Shown here piece after piece: positions 1 to 27,338 of a stretch of 64,000 bases of DNA; position 1 is the first letter of the stretch, and every line of letters starts with the position of its first letter. The position numbers were made by a program, and so were the translations under genes. The notes below the pieces were generated by a model. That model saw nothing but the letters and a program-made list of their open reading frames with translations. It was not told the origin of the DNA and did not search any database. The DNA comes from Salpingoeca rosetta (lineage: Eukaryota; Protista; Choanoflagellata): contig JAWQFM010000005.1 of NCBI GenBank assembly GCA_033442325.1, positions 2,142,987 to 2,206,986 on the forward strand, given 5' to 3'.

Positions 1-309
1 AAAAAAAAAAAAAGAGGCAAACGCAACCACACACCCCCAACACTTCCTCCAGAAACCGACACGCACACAGACACACACACGCCTCCCTCCAACACCAGCA
101 CGGAAAGCAGAACCTGCAGCAGCAGGTGTGTGCATGTGTCTGCGCGGTCGTGGTTGCACGTTTGGCTGGCTCTCTCCCTCTCTCTCTGCTCTGACGTCCT
201 TGTGTGCTTGCTTGCTTGCGTGTTTGCCTTTTGGCTTGCTTGTTGTTGTATTGTTGTATTGTTGTTTTGTTGTTCAGCTCATCCCACGAGAACGCACGCG
301 AATACCCAC

Positions 310-545
310 ATGCACACGCATCACTCTCCAGCGCAGCCAGCTCTCCTCCACACCATCAGCACGATTGAGCCCTCTCCACAATCTGCACAACCACCACCAC
401 TGGAGGATGCCATGCGCCAGTTGACACAGGATCGCCCCTCTGGCGTGCGGGCGACACTGCACCAACAACAACCACAAACACCACAAACACCACAACAACA
501 CCAACAACTACAACAGCAGCACCGACCACAAACACCACAACAACC

Positions 546-584
<39 letters not shown>

Positions 585-2863
585 GCAGCAGCACCACCAC
601 CACCAACAGCAATACCATCAGCAGCTCGACAACGCCCCTGCCATCACACAGCCGCCGATGCGTAGCTTGCCGCCAAATGCAGTAGCCGCTGCCATGATGG
701 GCACGCACCACGTGCCCAACCACCCAGCGGGGAGGACACCGTCATCGACACTGCAATCACACACACCCGTCATCAACCAAGCACTCGCAACAACAAGCAC
801 AACAACAACGATCACAGGGCCACCACCCCCGCCATCATCAACGTCAGCGTCACCATCGTCCTCATCATCCGTGCCGTTGCGTCGGCCGTTTGACCTGCAG
901 TCCCTGGCGTCTGGTTCCGTATCCGGCAACAGCCACCGTGGCAACCCACGGCCCTCCTCGTCCGATGATGAGGGGCATGACAGAGCGCACTCCCGCACAT
1001 CCTCCAGAACGTCGCTGGGCACGGATGAGAGTGATGCCGACAGCGCCGGGGAAGAGTCTCAGCGCACCACCCCTGCCTCATCCCGTGCCACATCCCCACA
1101 GCCAGCACAGCAACAACAGCAGCGTGTACACAGCGTAGGGGACTTGTCCACATTAAGGGCAATGACACAGGCGCAGCGTGCCCACAGTGCCGCCAACCTG
1201 CCTGCAGTAGGCGTGCCACCTCACCCTGCCCATGCTCGCCCAAACGCCGCCAACACCAACACCAACACCAGCACCAACCCTGATGCCCGCAACGCCGACG
1301 GTAGCTCGAGCACCAACAACGACAACACGACCAACGTGCACCTGCTGTGGGCAGCAACGGGGCAGCGATACCCTGTTGGGGTTGTACCTGCGCCCGTTGA
1401 CCCGCAGCTTGAGCAAGGCCGCGAGCGCGCAGCAAGCCAGCCCCACCTGCGCATTGCACAACACCCGCACCCACCGCCCTCCTCCACACCGCCGTCGTCA
1501 TCAGCAGCCTCCCAGCAGCAGCCGCCGCCAGGCATCCCGCCTGAAATGGTGCAGCGCTTCAACCAGTCCCCTTCTTCCCAACGCCACCTGCAAAGCAACC
1601 CCCAAACGCACGGCATTCACCGTCAAACGCACGCCACAGCGCAGCAGCACCAACAGCAACATCAACAACGCGGTCAGCACCAGCAACAACACATGCAGCA
1701 GCGCCAGCAACACCAGCATCTTTCGCGCAGGCCCACCAATGCCAACGCAGCTGCCAGCAGCACGGGTGTTCAGGGGCTGGTGCCAGCCGTCTATTTCGGC
1801 TGGTTCGCGCGCCAAGATGACCGAGGCAACACGCACACGCGCCGCTTTCGCCTCTATATCAACAACGCCAACAGGGACATGCTCAGCGGATACGGTAAGC
1901 CAGTCAACCACGCTGCAATGCCAGTCTGGGATGTGTGATGATAGGATCATGTGTGCACGTCGGGTGTGCACGTTGTGTTTCGGCTCAAGTGGGGCCCTGA
2001 TCACGCGCGTGATTGTCTCTGCCTTTGCATGCATGCATTCGCCTTGCCGCGCCGTTGTGTATTCATGTCACTCTGCTCACACATACACACACACATGCGT
2101 CCACATACATTTGTACACACATGCGTATACCTACATTCATACATGTACGCACGCACGCATACACCAAACAACGCATCTGTACGCAAACGTGTGCTCGCTT
2201 CCAGCTGTGGACGACATGCTGGGGCTGTATGCGGTGAGCGCGTTTGCTGGCGCATCCCCGCTGACGTACGACCTCGTCTTCTTTCGCTTCGGTTCGTCGC
2301 GCACCATCGAGATGACGCTGCGCGCAACCACCACGCGTGAGCTGCAAGGCGCCACCACCGTCTCCTCCCACGGCCAGCAGGCCGTCAAGCTCATTCGCGA
2401 GGTGGCATGCCGCCCCCTGGGCCACAACCAACCAAAGCCGCCTGCCGTCCAAGGTACCCCATCACATCATGTCATGTCATGTGGCACCTTCCGCACTCAC
2501 TCACTCTCTCACTCACTCTCTCACTCACTCTCTCACTCACTCACTCACTCACTCACTCACTCACTCTCTCACTCTCTCACTCACTCACTCACTCACTCTC
2601 ACTTCCACACACACACACACACACTCTCTCTCTCAATCACACACACACACACATTCACTCACTCTCATCCCAAACCCACAAACACGACTGACTGTGTGCC
2701 AGCCTCTGCGCTGAATCTGCTGCAGCTGGAGGCGAACGACCTGGCGGCACTTGTCGCTGCACACGGTTACAGGGAACTCTCCGTCATCATCAGGCAACAG
2801 GTATGCAATGCAACATGCAAGCACCCAAACGCGCGCACACGCACACACACACACACACACACG

Positions 2864-2906
<43 letters not shown>

Positions 2907-2907
2907 G

Positions 2908-2950
<43 letters not shown>

Positions 2951-3311
2951 ACGAACGACAGTAGCAGTGATGCATTATCGCTGACTCGTTTTTGAGTGCC
3001 CTTGTGTTTTTTGTGCTGTCGTTCCGCCCTTGCGTCATGATGGCCCACGATGATGACATGTTTGTGATGATGTTGATCATGACCCATCAAACGCTCACAC
3101 CTCCATCTCCGCCACATATTGTACTGTTCTGCTCCATCATAACCACGTCATTTCCCGTCATATGCTCGTTTTGTTCAATTGCACAGGAGCTTTCGTTCCA
3201 TGCGCTGCTGTGCTGTCCTCCCCACGCCCTCACCTCCACACTTCACATCCCACCCCTCTACACCGCCGACTGCGTCTCGTAAGTTGCCCAGTTTGTCTGT
3301 GTGTGCGTGTG

Positions 3312-3372
<61 letters not shown>

Positions 3373-4765
3373 TTGTGCGTGTGCTCTGTGCGTGTGCTCT
3401 GTGTGTGTATTTGCCTGTCATCCTTTCCCCCCCCCCATCCCTTTCTTATCACCCACCCCTTTCTTATCCCCCATCCCTTCTTTATCCCCCCCCATCCCTT
3501 TGTGCCCCTCTGTCACCAGGGTGGTCCGCTGTCTGCTGCGCACGCTGCAGCACGCCACCGAGGAGCCCATCCCCTCGGTGCTTGCTCGCTACAACATCCC
3601 CTACTGGGACCGCGTCTTCTGCGCGTGTTATGGCGTCAACAAGTTTCTTGAGCAGCCCCTCGCCAGCATCGCCTCCTTTCTCCAACTCGGTGCGTGCATA
3701 TGAACGTGTGAAGCGCCGTCCGTGTTGCGTATTGTATGCCCCCTCTTGGTGGATCCGGTGTCGTCGGTGATGCGTCATGTCTGTTCGTGTTGGCATGAAT
3801 GCGCGCGCAGCCTTGCCCCACCACGCTCACAGTCCCTTTCTCCCTTTCCGTCGCCACTACCACCACCACCATCACGGCCCGCGACCCGTCTGCAGATGCC
3901 ACCTCGCAGAAGGACTTGCTTGCTGCCCCATGCGCGCGCCAGAACATGTTCACGTCGCCTGGTGCCATTGCCAGCATGCGGCTCCTCACCACCATTGACT
4001 GGAATCGCCGTGACGACCCATGTGTCCGCGCCATTTGCACCAACGCCCAGCTCACCTCCTCCGGCACTCCCAAGCTCATCCACCTCGTCTCCATGCCCGC
4101 AGAATCCCTCACCAGCCTCGGTTCGTTATGTGTGTGCGGTCGCTACGTTCTGGCTGCTGCAGCGCCTGCTGTTGGACGTCATGTGTTTAGTTTTGGTTTT
4201 CCCTCTTGCCTCTTATCTTGCTTGCTCTCTCTCCCCCCCCCCTTTCCTCTCTTCACTTGCCTTGTGCCATCGCTTGCCTGACCGCCCTTGCACCACCGCT
4301 CCCTCCCTCCCCCCCCCGTCAACCACCAGGCCTGCAGCTGGCTGTGGAGACGCTGATGGACTTTGGAGCGGACTATGTCTCGTACCTCCGCCTAGGCACC
4401 GCCAACCTCAACTACGAGCCGGCGCTGCGGCTGCTGGTGGAGGGCTGCGAGTACGACCGCTTGTACGACGTGTACACGGCGCTGGCCTGGTGCCCTGCGC
4501 TTGCCCGCGACACGGCGCACATTGACGAGCTGCTGCAGGTTGTGGACCGGCGCGAGCTGAAGCAGCTGCTGCAGGAGCACAAGCGGGCCGGCCGCGAACA
4601 GGCAATGGCCTCCTCCTCGCTCATGGAGCTGGAACTCGCAGCCTCCGGACACGGCCACGGCCACCACCCGCCGTCTGCTCACCACGGCCACCGCAACGAT
4701 CACCGCCAACACCGCCATCAGCACAGCAGCAGCAGCGCCCGTCGCCACCGCCGCCGCCGCGAGCG

Positions 4766-4798
<33 letters not shown>

Positions 4799-6939
4799 TG
4801 GTTGGGGCACGCGAGCCGGCGGGGGGCGCGGTCCCATTGGATCGCCAACATCACACGGCAGTGGCGAGCGGGACGATACAGGTGTTGACAGCCCGAGGCC
4901 GCACAGTACAGACAACAGCACTTACCACCCCGACCAAGTCATGCACGTGCATGCGGCGGAAGGGCGGCGTGCGTGGAGCGGCGTGAGCAGCGGCTATCGT
5001 GGCGACGTGATGGTTGCGCGTGCATTCAAGGGCCACCACCACCGCCACCACCCATACGCGGATGACAATCCTGATGATGATGGTGATGACAGCCAGGATG
5101 GTCGCGGTGGCGGCATGCGTCGCAACCCGGTCTCTTCCGGCACCCTCTCTGTCAACAGCCTGCCTGATGCTCTGCACCTCGCGCCAACGGACTCGGTAAG
5201 TGCGCGCTGTGTAAGTGCGCACATGTGTGTGTGTGTGTGTGTGCATATATATGTATGCGCGTGGGTGCAAGCCGCAGTATGCACTCTGTACGTGTGCGAT
5301 GTGTGTGTGTGTGTGTGTTCTGTTTGCTGTACTCGTTGCGCACACGTGTACATCCGTCCGTCCATGCAAGGTGTGCTTGACTTCTCACGCCTATCCCCAA
5401 ACAAAACAAATGACAATATCCTCACATAACGCCATGGTGCCTTGCTGTTGCTCCTCCTTCCTCCCACGTGCTTCCAGCGGCGACGCTTTGCCAAATACAT
5501 TAAGCGGTTTGCCATGGGCCTGGCGTTTGTCACGTTGGTGCTGTGGGGCCTTACCATCGCTCAGGTACGAACGATAGCCAGCAGTGAAAACAACTACGGA
5601 ACACACACGCGCGCGCGCGTGCATGCTGATATGCTGCGTTTGCGTGCCCCCATTTTGGCCCTTTGCCTTCTCGTGCCCTTGACCGTGCACTCACCCACCC
5701 CTTGTTGTTACACATCGCGCCTTCTTCCCCCTCCTTCTCCTTCCTTGCCTTATTGTCTCCTGCCATTGTCTTCGCCCTGCACAGATGTCGAGCGTGCCGT
5801 CCCACCGCCGCTTGGCGCACGGATCTGTGACCTCCATCTACAGCGCCCCGACCCTGAGCCTGGGCTCGCTCGTCTGTCTGTTTTTCCTCGTCACGGCGTT
5901 CCGGCACTGGGACCGCTTTGTTTGGCACCGCGGCATTTTGCAGTTTCTGTGGGACACGTTCCGCTTTGTGGTGGTGCTGCTGGCGTTTATCAACGGCGTG
6001 TATGTGAGCTACCACACGGCAGAGCACCTTGAAGAAGACCACTACCCCATGGACGTGGTGCACATTGCCCTGTACAACTTCCGCACGCTCGTGCTGTGCG
6101 GGCTTGCCCTGGTCAACCACCTGGCTCTCAACTCCAAGACGCGCATGATCAGCCTGCAGCGCACACGTGTGCTGACACCGCGCCTGCTTCACCCGTTCCC
6201 GTCACACCCGTACAACACGCGCCATGCGCAGTACGCGGCCACAGAGCGCACGGGGCTGCTTGCTTCGCCTACGCAGCCAACCACAACCGCAACCGCAACA
6301 ACAGCAGCAGCAGCAGCAGCAGCGCGGGGCCGAGGGAGGCGTGACGGCAGCACAAGCAGCGCCGGCAGCGGCAACGAGCACGATGACTGCGCGCGTGCAG
6401 GTGGCGCCGGTGGTGTGGATAGCATGCCCTCGTCCACCGTCGACGCCGTCGCCGTTTCGCTCGAGGAGGGCCTGCAACATGAACCACAGCAACGTGAGCA
6501 CGCTGGTACCGTTGGCGGTGTTGCACGCTCGCAGTCGAGCGGCTCCTCCGGGCGCGGGTGGATTGCGCCCTGGGCCGGGGCGCACCTTTCCTCGTGGCTG
6601 GTTCTGTTTACGCTCGGCAGTGAGATGGAGTACACGTACTTTGTCATGGCTGAGGGCGACCTGGGCGGCCGGCAGGAGTGGATCTACCTTGGCGGCTACT
6701 GGCTCATTGACGTGTTTTTCCTGTACGTGTTCCTGCGAGGCGCGCTGGCCTGGGACGACTGGGGCCTCTCCGAGCTGCTGAGGCGGGTCGGGTGCTGTGG
6801 CCCGAGCAGCCGCAGTGCTGCAGCCGCCAGCAAGGATGCAGCCAAGGCGTCACGAAGTGATCCTGCACGCTCTCGTCGGCGGAATGCCCCACCGCAGGCG
6901 CGCTACGGTGCCGTGCAGGACGCACCGCAGCCAGCGTGA
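310..6939 (+). CDS. Uncharacterised ~1508-aa multi-pass membrane protein: Gln-rich disordered N-terminus, SAM-like repeats, C-terminal ~6-TM domain
   Basis: Nine phase-compatible GT-AG exons: 310-1894, 2205-2453, 2703-2800, 3187-3278, 3520-3689, 3896-4120, 4330-5195, 5478-5564, 5785-6939 (4527 nt). SAM-like segment DLAALVAAHGYRELSVIIRQQELSFHALLCCPPHALTSTLHIP. Hydrophobic helices lie in the last two exons. Start ATG uncertain (310 or 412); 126-277 looks like a 5'UTR intron. Confidence 0.75.
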
Positions 6940-8122
6940 TGCGCGCAGCCATCTTTGGGGTGTGGGGGGGGGGGTGTGGGGGACGCGGGTGTGATGTGAT
7001 CTGCCATAACCAAGGCACATGTTGTGATGGAGAGTGATGGCGTCAGTTTGTGATGGTTGATGTAAACGACTTGACGTGGTGGTGAAATGAATGTGTCCTG
7101 TGGTGTGGTGTGTGGTTGACAAGTGATGGTCGTGTGGGGTTTGACCGCGATGTGTAGCAGTGACTTTTGTGTTTGATCGAACCAGACAGCGATATATTTC
7201 TCGTTTTGCTGATTATTGTATTGCTCCTCTTCTCTCCCTTGTGGCCGTACTCTTCTTCTCTGTTTGTTGGCTTGTTTGCATGTGTTTTGTCTCTTTGCTT
7301 GCGTGTGTTTGTTTGTTTATTTGTTTGTTTGTTTGTGTGTGTGTGTGTGTGTTGTGTCTTGTTTGTTTGTTTTGTTGACTCGTTCGCTGTGGAGGGAAGA
7401 CCCGAGCTTGTAGCTTACATTATCGTAATTGACAGCCTTGATTGACATGCGAAGCTCTGTTGCTCTTCTCCTTTTCTTTCTTCTTTTCCCTTGTTCTTTT
7501 TCCCTGCTTTCCCCCTTCTTGCTCACTTGCTTGCCTGCTTGCTCGTTGTCTTGCCGCCGCCACCGCTGTTGCGCGGGTGTTTGCGCGCAACAAGCCAACA
7601 AGCCAAGAAGTACACAGCTAGCTAGCTGATTGTGAGTTTACAGTTCATGCGTGCGGCGTGAGTGGGTGGACTCCAAACACGTGAACACGATGTGACATAT
7701 GACATGCATGATGTGTGTGACACAACAGGCAGGACGACACACGCAAACAACCAAACCACGTGAGGTCAATTTTTACCTTTGACCTGGAAAGCAATTTTGA
7801 CTTTGCCCTTGACGCACACAAACAAACGCAAACGCAAAAACGAACAACAGCCAAACATCCAAACAACCACCACCATCCCCCTCGCGACCGACCTTGCCCT
7901 CGCTTGCGTGCCATATCCATCCATCTCCCCTGGCTTGTTGTTGGCTACTTGATCCTACCACCACCACCACCACCACCCACTGTACAGCAAGAGAAACTCG
8001 GATCATTGCTGTGCCGCTGCTCCTTTGATTGTCTCGGTCTCTCTGATTTGTGTTATTGTTGGCGTGCGGAGATCACCGTCGTTCTTTGTTTGTTGTGTGC
8101 GCCCCGACGACTGACTGCCACG

Positions 8123-10102
<1,980 letters not shown>

Positions 10103-10786
10103 TGACTTGGTGTGTAGAGTGACCGTGTTGTTTGTGCATGTGCTGTTTGTGTGCTTGGTATACTGTACTTTCTTCCTCCTGAGTAGTTGCTGCTGTTTAC
10201 TGCATGTTCCCGTCTGCTTTGTTGCTTCCTTGCTTGTGTGTGTGTGTGTGTGGTGTGTATGGTGCATCAGTGTGATAATCCTTGTCTGGGACGCACGTGA
10301 TGCATTGCCCTTTGTCGTCATTGACCGTCTGTTGTTGACTGTTGTCGTCTGTCATCGTTTGTTGCCGTTTGTGGCGCTGCCTGTGAAGCGAATGCCGCCA
10401 CCACCACAACACGCGCACGCCCACATCTCTTGATTGACAAAGCATTTCTGTCTTCACATGCTGCTTTCTGGCTCTTGGCAGTCCCACACTGCCCACGCGA
10501 GCACATAAAGAAAGCCAATCGGACATGTGTGTCTGTCTGTGTGTGTGTCTGTCTGTCTGTCTGTCTGAATAATGACTCTGTAATGTGGAGAAGATGGCGC
10601 GAATTTACAACGTGGTCGTGTGCAAACCCTCACTCCCTCAAACCTGAACCTTCCGACTACTCATCCAACACTCACTTTCCCGCCAAACTTCTTTACCTCC
10701 CTGCACTGCTTCAAGGACACGCGCACGCACAAACACACATACATACATACACAAACGCACACGCACACTCCAGCACACCCTTCTTC

Positions 10787-12979
10787 ATGGCCCGCAGACT
10801 CAACTTTGAAAGATCGCTCACGCCAAGCGTGACTTACGAACGCCAGAGGAGCTGTCACGACCATGGTCATGAAGAGGCAGCTGAATTCCTTGGTTCAAGC
10901 GGGACCCTGCACCCTGAGCGCACGGATGCTGAGGGGACACGCAACAAGCGCACAAAGAATGACAGCAGCAACAATAGCAGCGACGAAAGCGCACATGCAC
11001 GCCATGCAGCTAGCCCAGCTGCTTTTGCCACGCCGACTGGGAAAGGGACCGGAGCGACTGAGCCAGCAACTCCAACAAACAACTCTCTGGCAATGTTCAA
11101 CTTCAAGCAGCAGCAACAAGACCAGCAGCTGTTGCTACCGCTGCCGAAAGGGAAGATGCCTTCCCTGCCTGTCTCGCTCACAGCTGTGCGAGCCCGAAAC
11201 GACACCAGAAGCCGCAGCAACAACATCGCAGACAAGAGCCACAACAACAGCACGAACAGCAGCAGCCGTAATTCCGCCGACAGCAGTGACGGCGGCAGTG
11301 GCAACAGCAGCAGGTCTGCAACTTCAAAGGCTTCAACACTCCCATTGCTGGCGAGTGGAAGCAGCGTCACCTCAAGAACACCAGCATCCCCTTCGGGATC
11401 TACAGACCTGGTCAGCAGCGCACGAGGAAGCAGCTTGCATGTACCTACTGGTGCGAACACCAGGCTGCCACCAAGCTCGCCTTCAATGAACAAGCAATCC
11501 ACCGGCTACGAAGAAGAGCTGGTACAGCGGCGCCTCCCTGCCGAGGTTGCACTCCGACCCAGCTCGCCCGCCACCCTCCGCCAGTACGCCTTGCCCCTTC
11601 GGACACACCCACAGCTGCAGCTACAACAGGCCTTCGGCGCAGTGCAAGAAGAAGAGTACGATCAACAGAATCAACAGCAGGGGTTCGAGGAGCAGCCATC
11701 AGGAACGGCGACAAGAACATACCCAGGGTTGGATGTGTACGGCTCTCACCAACTGGCTCAAGTGACCCCACTAACGACAAAGCCACCAGCACCACAGGCA
11801 ACGTCCCCACTGCCGGTGTCCTCAACTGCGGCAGCTATGACAAGTTACGCGCCCCAACACTCGCACATGTACCATCAGTTGCATCACCAGCAGTGCCAAC
11901 ACTATCCAACCCACAGCTCAGCCTCGATGCACTATGATCTTCAGCAGCACACGCCACTGCCTCCTACTCACTTCCCAGCGGCGTGGCCTGCAGAGGAACC
12001 ACTGCAGCACCTCCACACCATCGGTCAGTTGTGTTTGCTTGCAAGCACTTGATGCTGCAATGTGCAACAGCACAGGGTGCCACGGCGCGCCAGGGTGGTG
12101 CAAATCTGCTCTACACGTTCAGCACATCCCCTCAACACGTACACTTTCAGTGCCCTGCCACACAGCCCTCATCGAGTCATTGAGCCATTGAGTCATCCTG
12201 CCCGTGCTTCTCTCTTGCGGTCTACTTGCCACGTTGTACAGATGAGATCGCGGCATCCGAGATTCAAGACATTCTCTACAAGCTGCACTTGCAACACATT
12301 TCCTTGCTGGCACAGCTGAGACAGCAGGAGGAGGCCCACCGCCAGCATCACTGGCCTCTGTCTTCGTCATCAACGAGACATGACAGGTAAGCCCTCAAGC
12401 GTGATGAAGAATGCGAATAAGTGCTGCGTGTGCGTGTGTGCGTGTGTGTGCGTGTGTGTGCGTGTGTGTGCATGTGGTGCGGGTGTTGGTGTGCATGTGG
12501 TGCGTGTGTTGGTGCTTTGGTGGGTGCATGCATGCGCACAAGGGCTCGCACAAGGGCTTGCATGAGCACGTTGTGTGTGCGGTAGCCTTTGTAAAATCTA
12601 TCTGTGCGGCGGCGTGCCAGTGACATGGCTTGTCCAACTCTGAAACTGGCTCTTGGCAGACCTGGGCCGACATTGTCCTTTGGCATGCAGCCTGCAGCCT
12701 CCACCTCCGATGCAGACGTCGAGTGTGCGCTTAGGATTCTCAACATGACGCAGGTGGGCGTGTGTTCGGCTGTGGAAAGCTGCCAACAACGCAAGATGTT
12801 GTAACACTTTGTGTTCTTGTGCTCTTCGCGTGTGTGTCATTTCCTCATTCGGTCCTCTGGGCGTTTCTGTCTCTTGCTCTCTTGCTCTCTTGCTTCTTTT
12901 GTTACGACAGGAGCTCGTGTGCGCCGTGCTGTCGTCGTCTCACACATTCACATTTGACCAAGGCAAAGACGAACACTAA
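10787..12979 (+). CDS. Hypothetical low-complexity Ser/Gln/Pro-rich protein
   Basis: Long open first exon 10787-12023, then phase-compatible exons 12242-12386, 12621-12753, 12911-12979. No recognisable domain; the 3' exon model is tentative. Confidence 0.55.
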
Positions 12980-13297
12980 GGGGGTGCGGGTTGTGGTGGG
13001 GAAGGAACGGGGTGTACTCGTGCTTGCATGCAAGCAAGGTTCCGCAGGTATGCTGGTCGTGTTAACGAAGGAGATTGCTGCCTGGTGACTTCCTAACTGG
13101 CTTGCTGGCTTGCTGGTTTGTTGGCTCCTGGAAAAGGCGTGTCTGCCACAACACACTGAAAAGAAGAAAAGAAGAACGAAAGAATTGATGTGAATCCACC
13201 ACAAACACACGCACACGCAGCACATACACACACATCCCAAGACACACGCACACACTCACACACAGACATCCAAAGACACACCTACGCGCGCGCACAC

Positions 13298-13333
<36 letters not shown>

Positions 13334-13825
13334 ACAGCACACAGCACACAGACAGCACCGCACGCAACAACACAGTTCAAATCTTTTGCGCCACTCATTT
13401 CCTTGTTTTGGTTTTTTCCTTGTGCGCTTTGCTTGTTGTTGCGCGTTGTGTTTGGTTGGTGGGTGCGTATTTCTCCCATCGCTGGCTGTCGTGCCGGTCT
13501 TGTGTTGTCGCCACCAAACATCAAGTGCGGAGACAGACACACAACACCGCGGGCGTGGCGATCGGACAATCCTATTGAGCAGCAGCAGCAGCCTTCTGTG
13601 TTGTGTGACGCACCAGCAACACTCGTGGACAGGCAGCTGCCTGTGCTATCTTGCACGTCACAGTCTCAATCTAACGGCTTCCAGCAACAACCGACCGACC
13701 GACACACACAGAGGACACAAGCCTTTGCACTTTTGCATGCGGCCCAACCACTCCGCACAGGACAGTTGCAGTGACTGAGTGGCAGTGGCAGTGGCCGTCA
13801 TACTGGCAACACTGCCACCAGTGGC

Positions 13826-24829
<11,004 letters not shown>

Positions 24830-25177
24830 GTCGTTTGTATTGTATTATGAGTGTTTGTGTGTTTGTGTGCGTGCGTGCGTGCGTGCGTGTGTGTGCGTGT
24901 GTGTGTTTGTGTGTGTGTGCGTGTGTGTGTTTGTGTGTGTGTGGTGGGAGCAAGCGGGGAAGATTGAAGGGTTGAAGGGCACGTGTGCATGCGCGTTTGT
25001 TTTGGCCGTTGGCAGTGCCAAGTTACAAGCGCACACGTTCCACAAATAGTCGTAGCATTTATACAGCCCACGTCTGTGATGACATCAACCATAAGACCAT
25101 AGAACCACTCGAACAACGCAGCAAGATACGCACCGCAGCCAACCGAGCATCTCGTTGTTGTGGCTCTTGCACCCGTC

Positions 25178-25217
<40 letters not shown>

Positions 25218-25744
25218 TTGCGTGGCCCCTTATGTGCTCACGCTGGCTCATACTGTGGGCTGTGTGTTGGTTTCATTGAAATCGTCATCAATCAAGGAAC
25301 AGCGCAAGTTTTGGGCTTCAGGGGGGGGGGGGAGTCAGCCATGCACGGCACGCAAACGAAGAAGCAAGGCCATCGGGGATGGATAACGGAAACAGGTGAT
25401 GGGGGCACAGCGTGCAGTCAAAACAACAACAAAACAACACGCATGGTCAATCACGGAAAGTGGCAAGCAAGCAACAAGCAAGCAAAAACAACAGGTTGTC
25501 AGCATAGGAAAACCATGCGTGAGAAACAAACGTAGCTGCAGGCAACAGCAAACGACACGCGGCCGTGCGTGTTTCAAAGCACGAGGGCAGAAAAGTTGAA
25601 AAAGGAGGAAGAGGGGTGAAAGGGGGGAAAGGAGAAGGAGAGGGGAAGGGGAGGGGGAACGAGGCCACAAGCAGTGAGGAAGGAACCCCAACAAAAGACA
25701 AGCAAGGAGAAAGGCAGAGGGGGGGGGGGGAAGAACAAAGAGGA

Positions 25745-27170
25745 TCAACGGATGAAGATGGCAAGCGTCATCTGGTTGTGGTTTCCGGTTGGCGGGGCGC
25801 AGTTTTCCCAGCGGCAGTCCTGGCCGCTGCTCTGGCGGTACCGGTCCGTGTCGCAGTTGCTGTGCGGTGGACACGTGTGTGTGTGTGTGTGTGTGAGCAG
25901 GCATGGTGATGGAAGGAGGAGCAACGCAAGCAGGCTTTCTCAGGCTTCAAAAGGTTAACGAGCAAAACACACACACACGCACGCACACACACACACACAC
26001 ACACGCACAGGCAGACAAACAGGCAGACAAACAGGCAGACAAACAGGCAGACAAACATACACACACACGCACGCACGCACACACACGCACGCACGCACAC
26101 ACAGGCAGACAAACACACACACATATACACATACAAGACACAAACACGCATACCTACACCCACACACCCACCCCCACACCCACCCACACGCACACGCACA
26201 CGCACACGCACACACGCACACGCACACACACACACCCACACACACACACACACGCACATGCACACGCACACACACACATACAAACACACAAGCACGCACA
26301 CGCAAACGTCAACGCACCCATTGTACTTCTGGGCGTTTGCCTTGTCAAAGGTGATGCCACCAATTGCGTAATCGGTCTGATCTGGAGAGACGGGCTCGGG
26401 TGGAATGCCATTCCCGGAGGTGCACCTGTCCACAAGTTTCGTGCTGGGCGAGTGCAGGATGCCGCCAAGATAGTCCGTGTCGAGCAGGCCGTTGAAGTGC
26501 GCCTTGTACGCGTACTGAAGTGCGCCGTTGTGGTAGGCAGCCGTCATCTGCTCCACCGCGCGCTGCTGCGTCTTGGACGGCGTGTTGCACCACGACAGGT
26601 CCAGGCCCGTGCACGGCTGCGATGCCTGGCTGTAGAATGCCATGTCACCACCAGGGCTGAGCGTGTGCAGGTACTCGTGCAGCCACACCAGCTGCCAGCC
26701 ACCGCCGTCTGTGTCCATGTCGCAGTATGCCTGCACCAGGCCCGTTGGCGTGTCCAGCCAGTATGTGCCCGTGGGCATGTTGAACAGCGACTTGAGGGTG
26801 AAGCAGTCTGACCCAGGGTTGCTGCGCGTGCCGTTTCCACCGCGGCTGATCTTGTTGCGCATGTCGCAGTAGACCAGCGGCACGGGCTCCACTGTCCCGA
26901 CGTAGTACATACCGGACGACGCATCCGGTGAAACCTTCTTGATGCTCGCACACGACGGCGCCGCGCAGTCCTGGCTGTGGCCGCGGTCCTGCGCCTCGCA
27001 CCCACGCGTGGTGATGGACACAAACTCCGAGCCGTCGCACATCACCACGCGTGTGTGCTCGTCGTCAAACAGAATGCGCCCCTTGTTGGCGTCATTGCAC
27101 TCAAACGGCCTCGTGCTCAGTTGCCATACGGCAGGTTGTGCGCAACGTGGATGAGCTGAACCTCCTCGCG
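25745..27170 (-). CDS. Fibrinogen-related-domain (FReD/intelectin-like) protein; 5' end unresolved
   Basis: SCASIKKVSPDASSGMYYV..VYCDM and DCFTLKSLFNMPTGTYWL..VQAYCDMDTDGGGWQLVW. Phase-2 intron 26317-25860. Last exon NCDTDRYRQSSGQDCRWENC..MTLAIFIR* with stop at 25745-25747. No convincing start codon or signal peptide found. Confidence 0.8.
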
Positions 27171-27202
27171 CGCTGAATTCAGTCAAATCACCATCATGAC
27201 TC

Positions 27203-27338
<136 letters not shown>

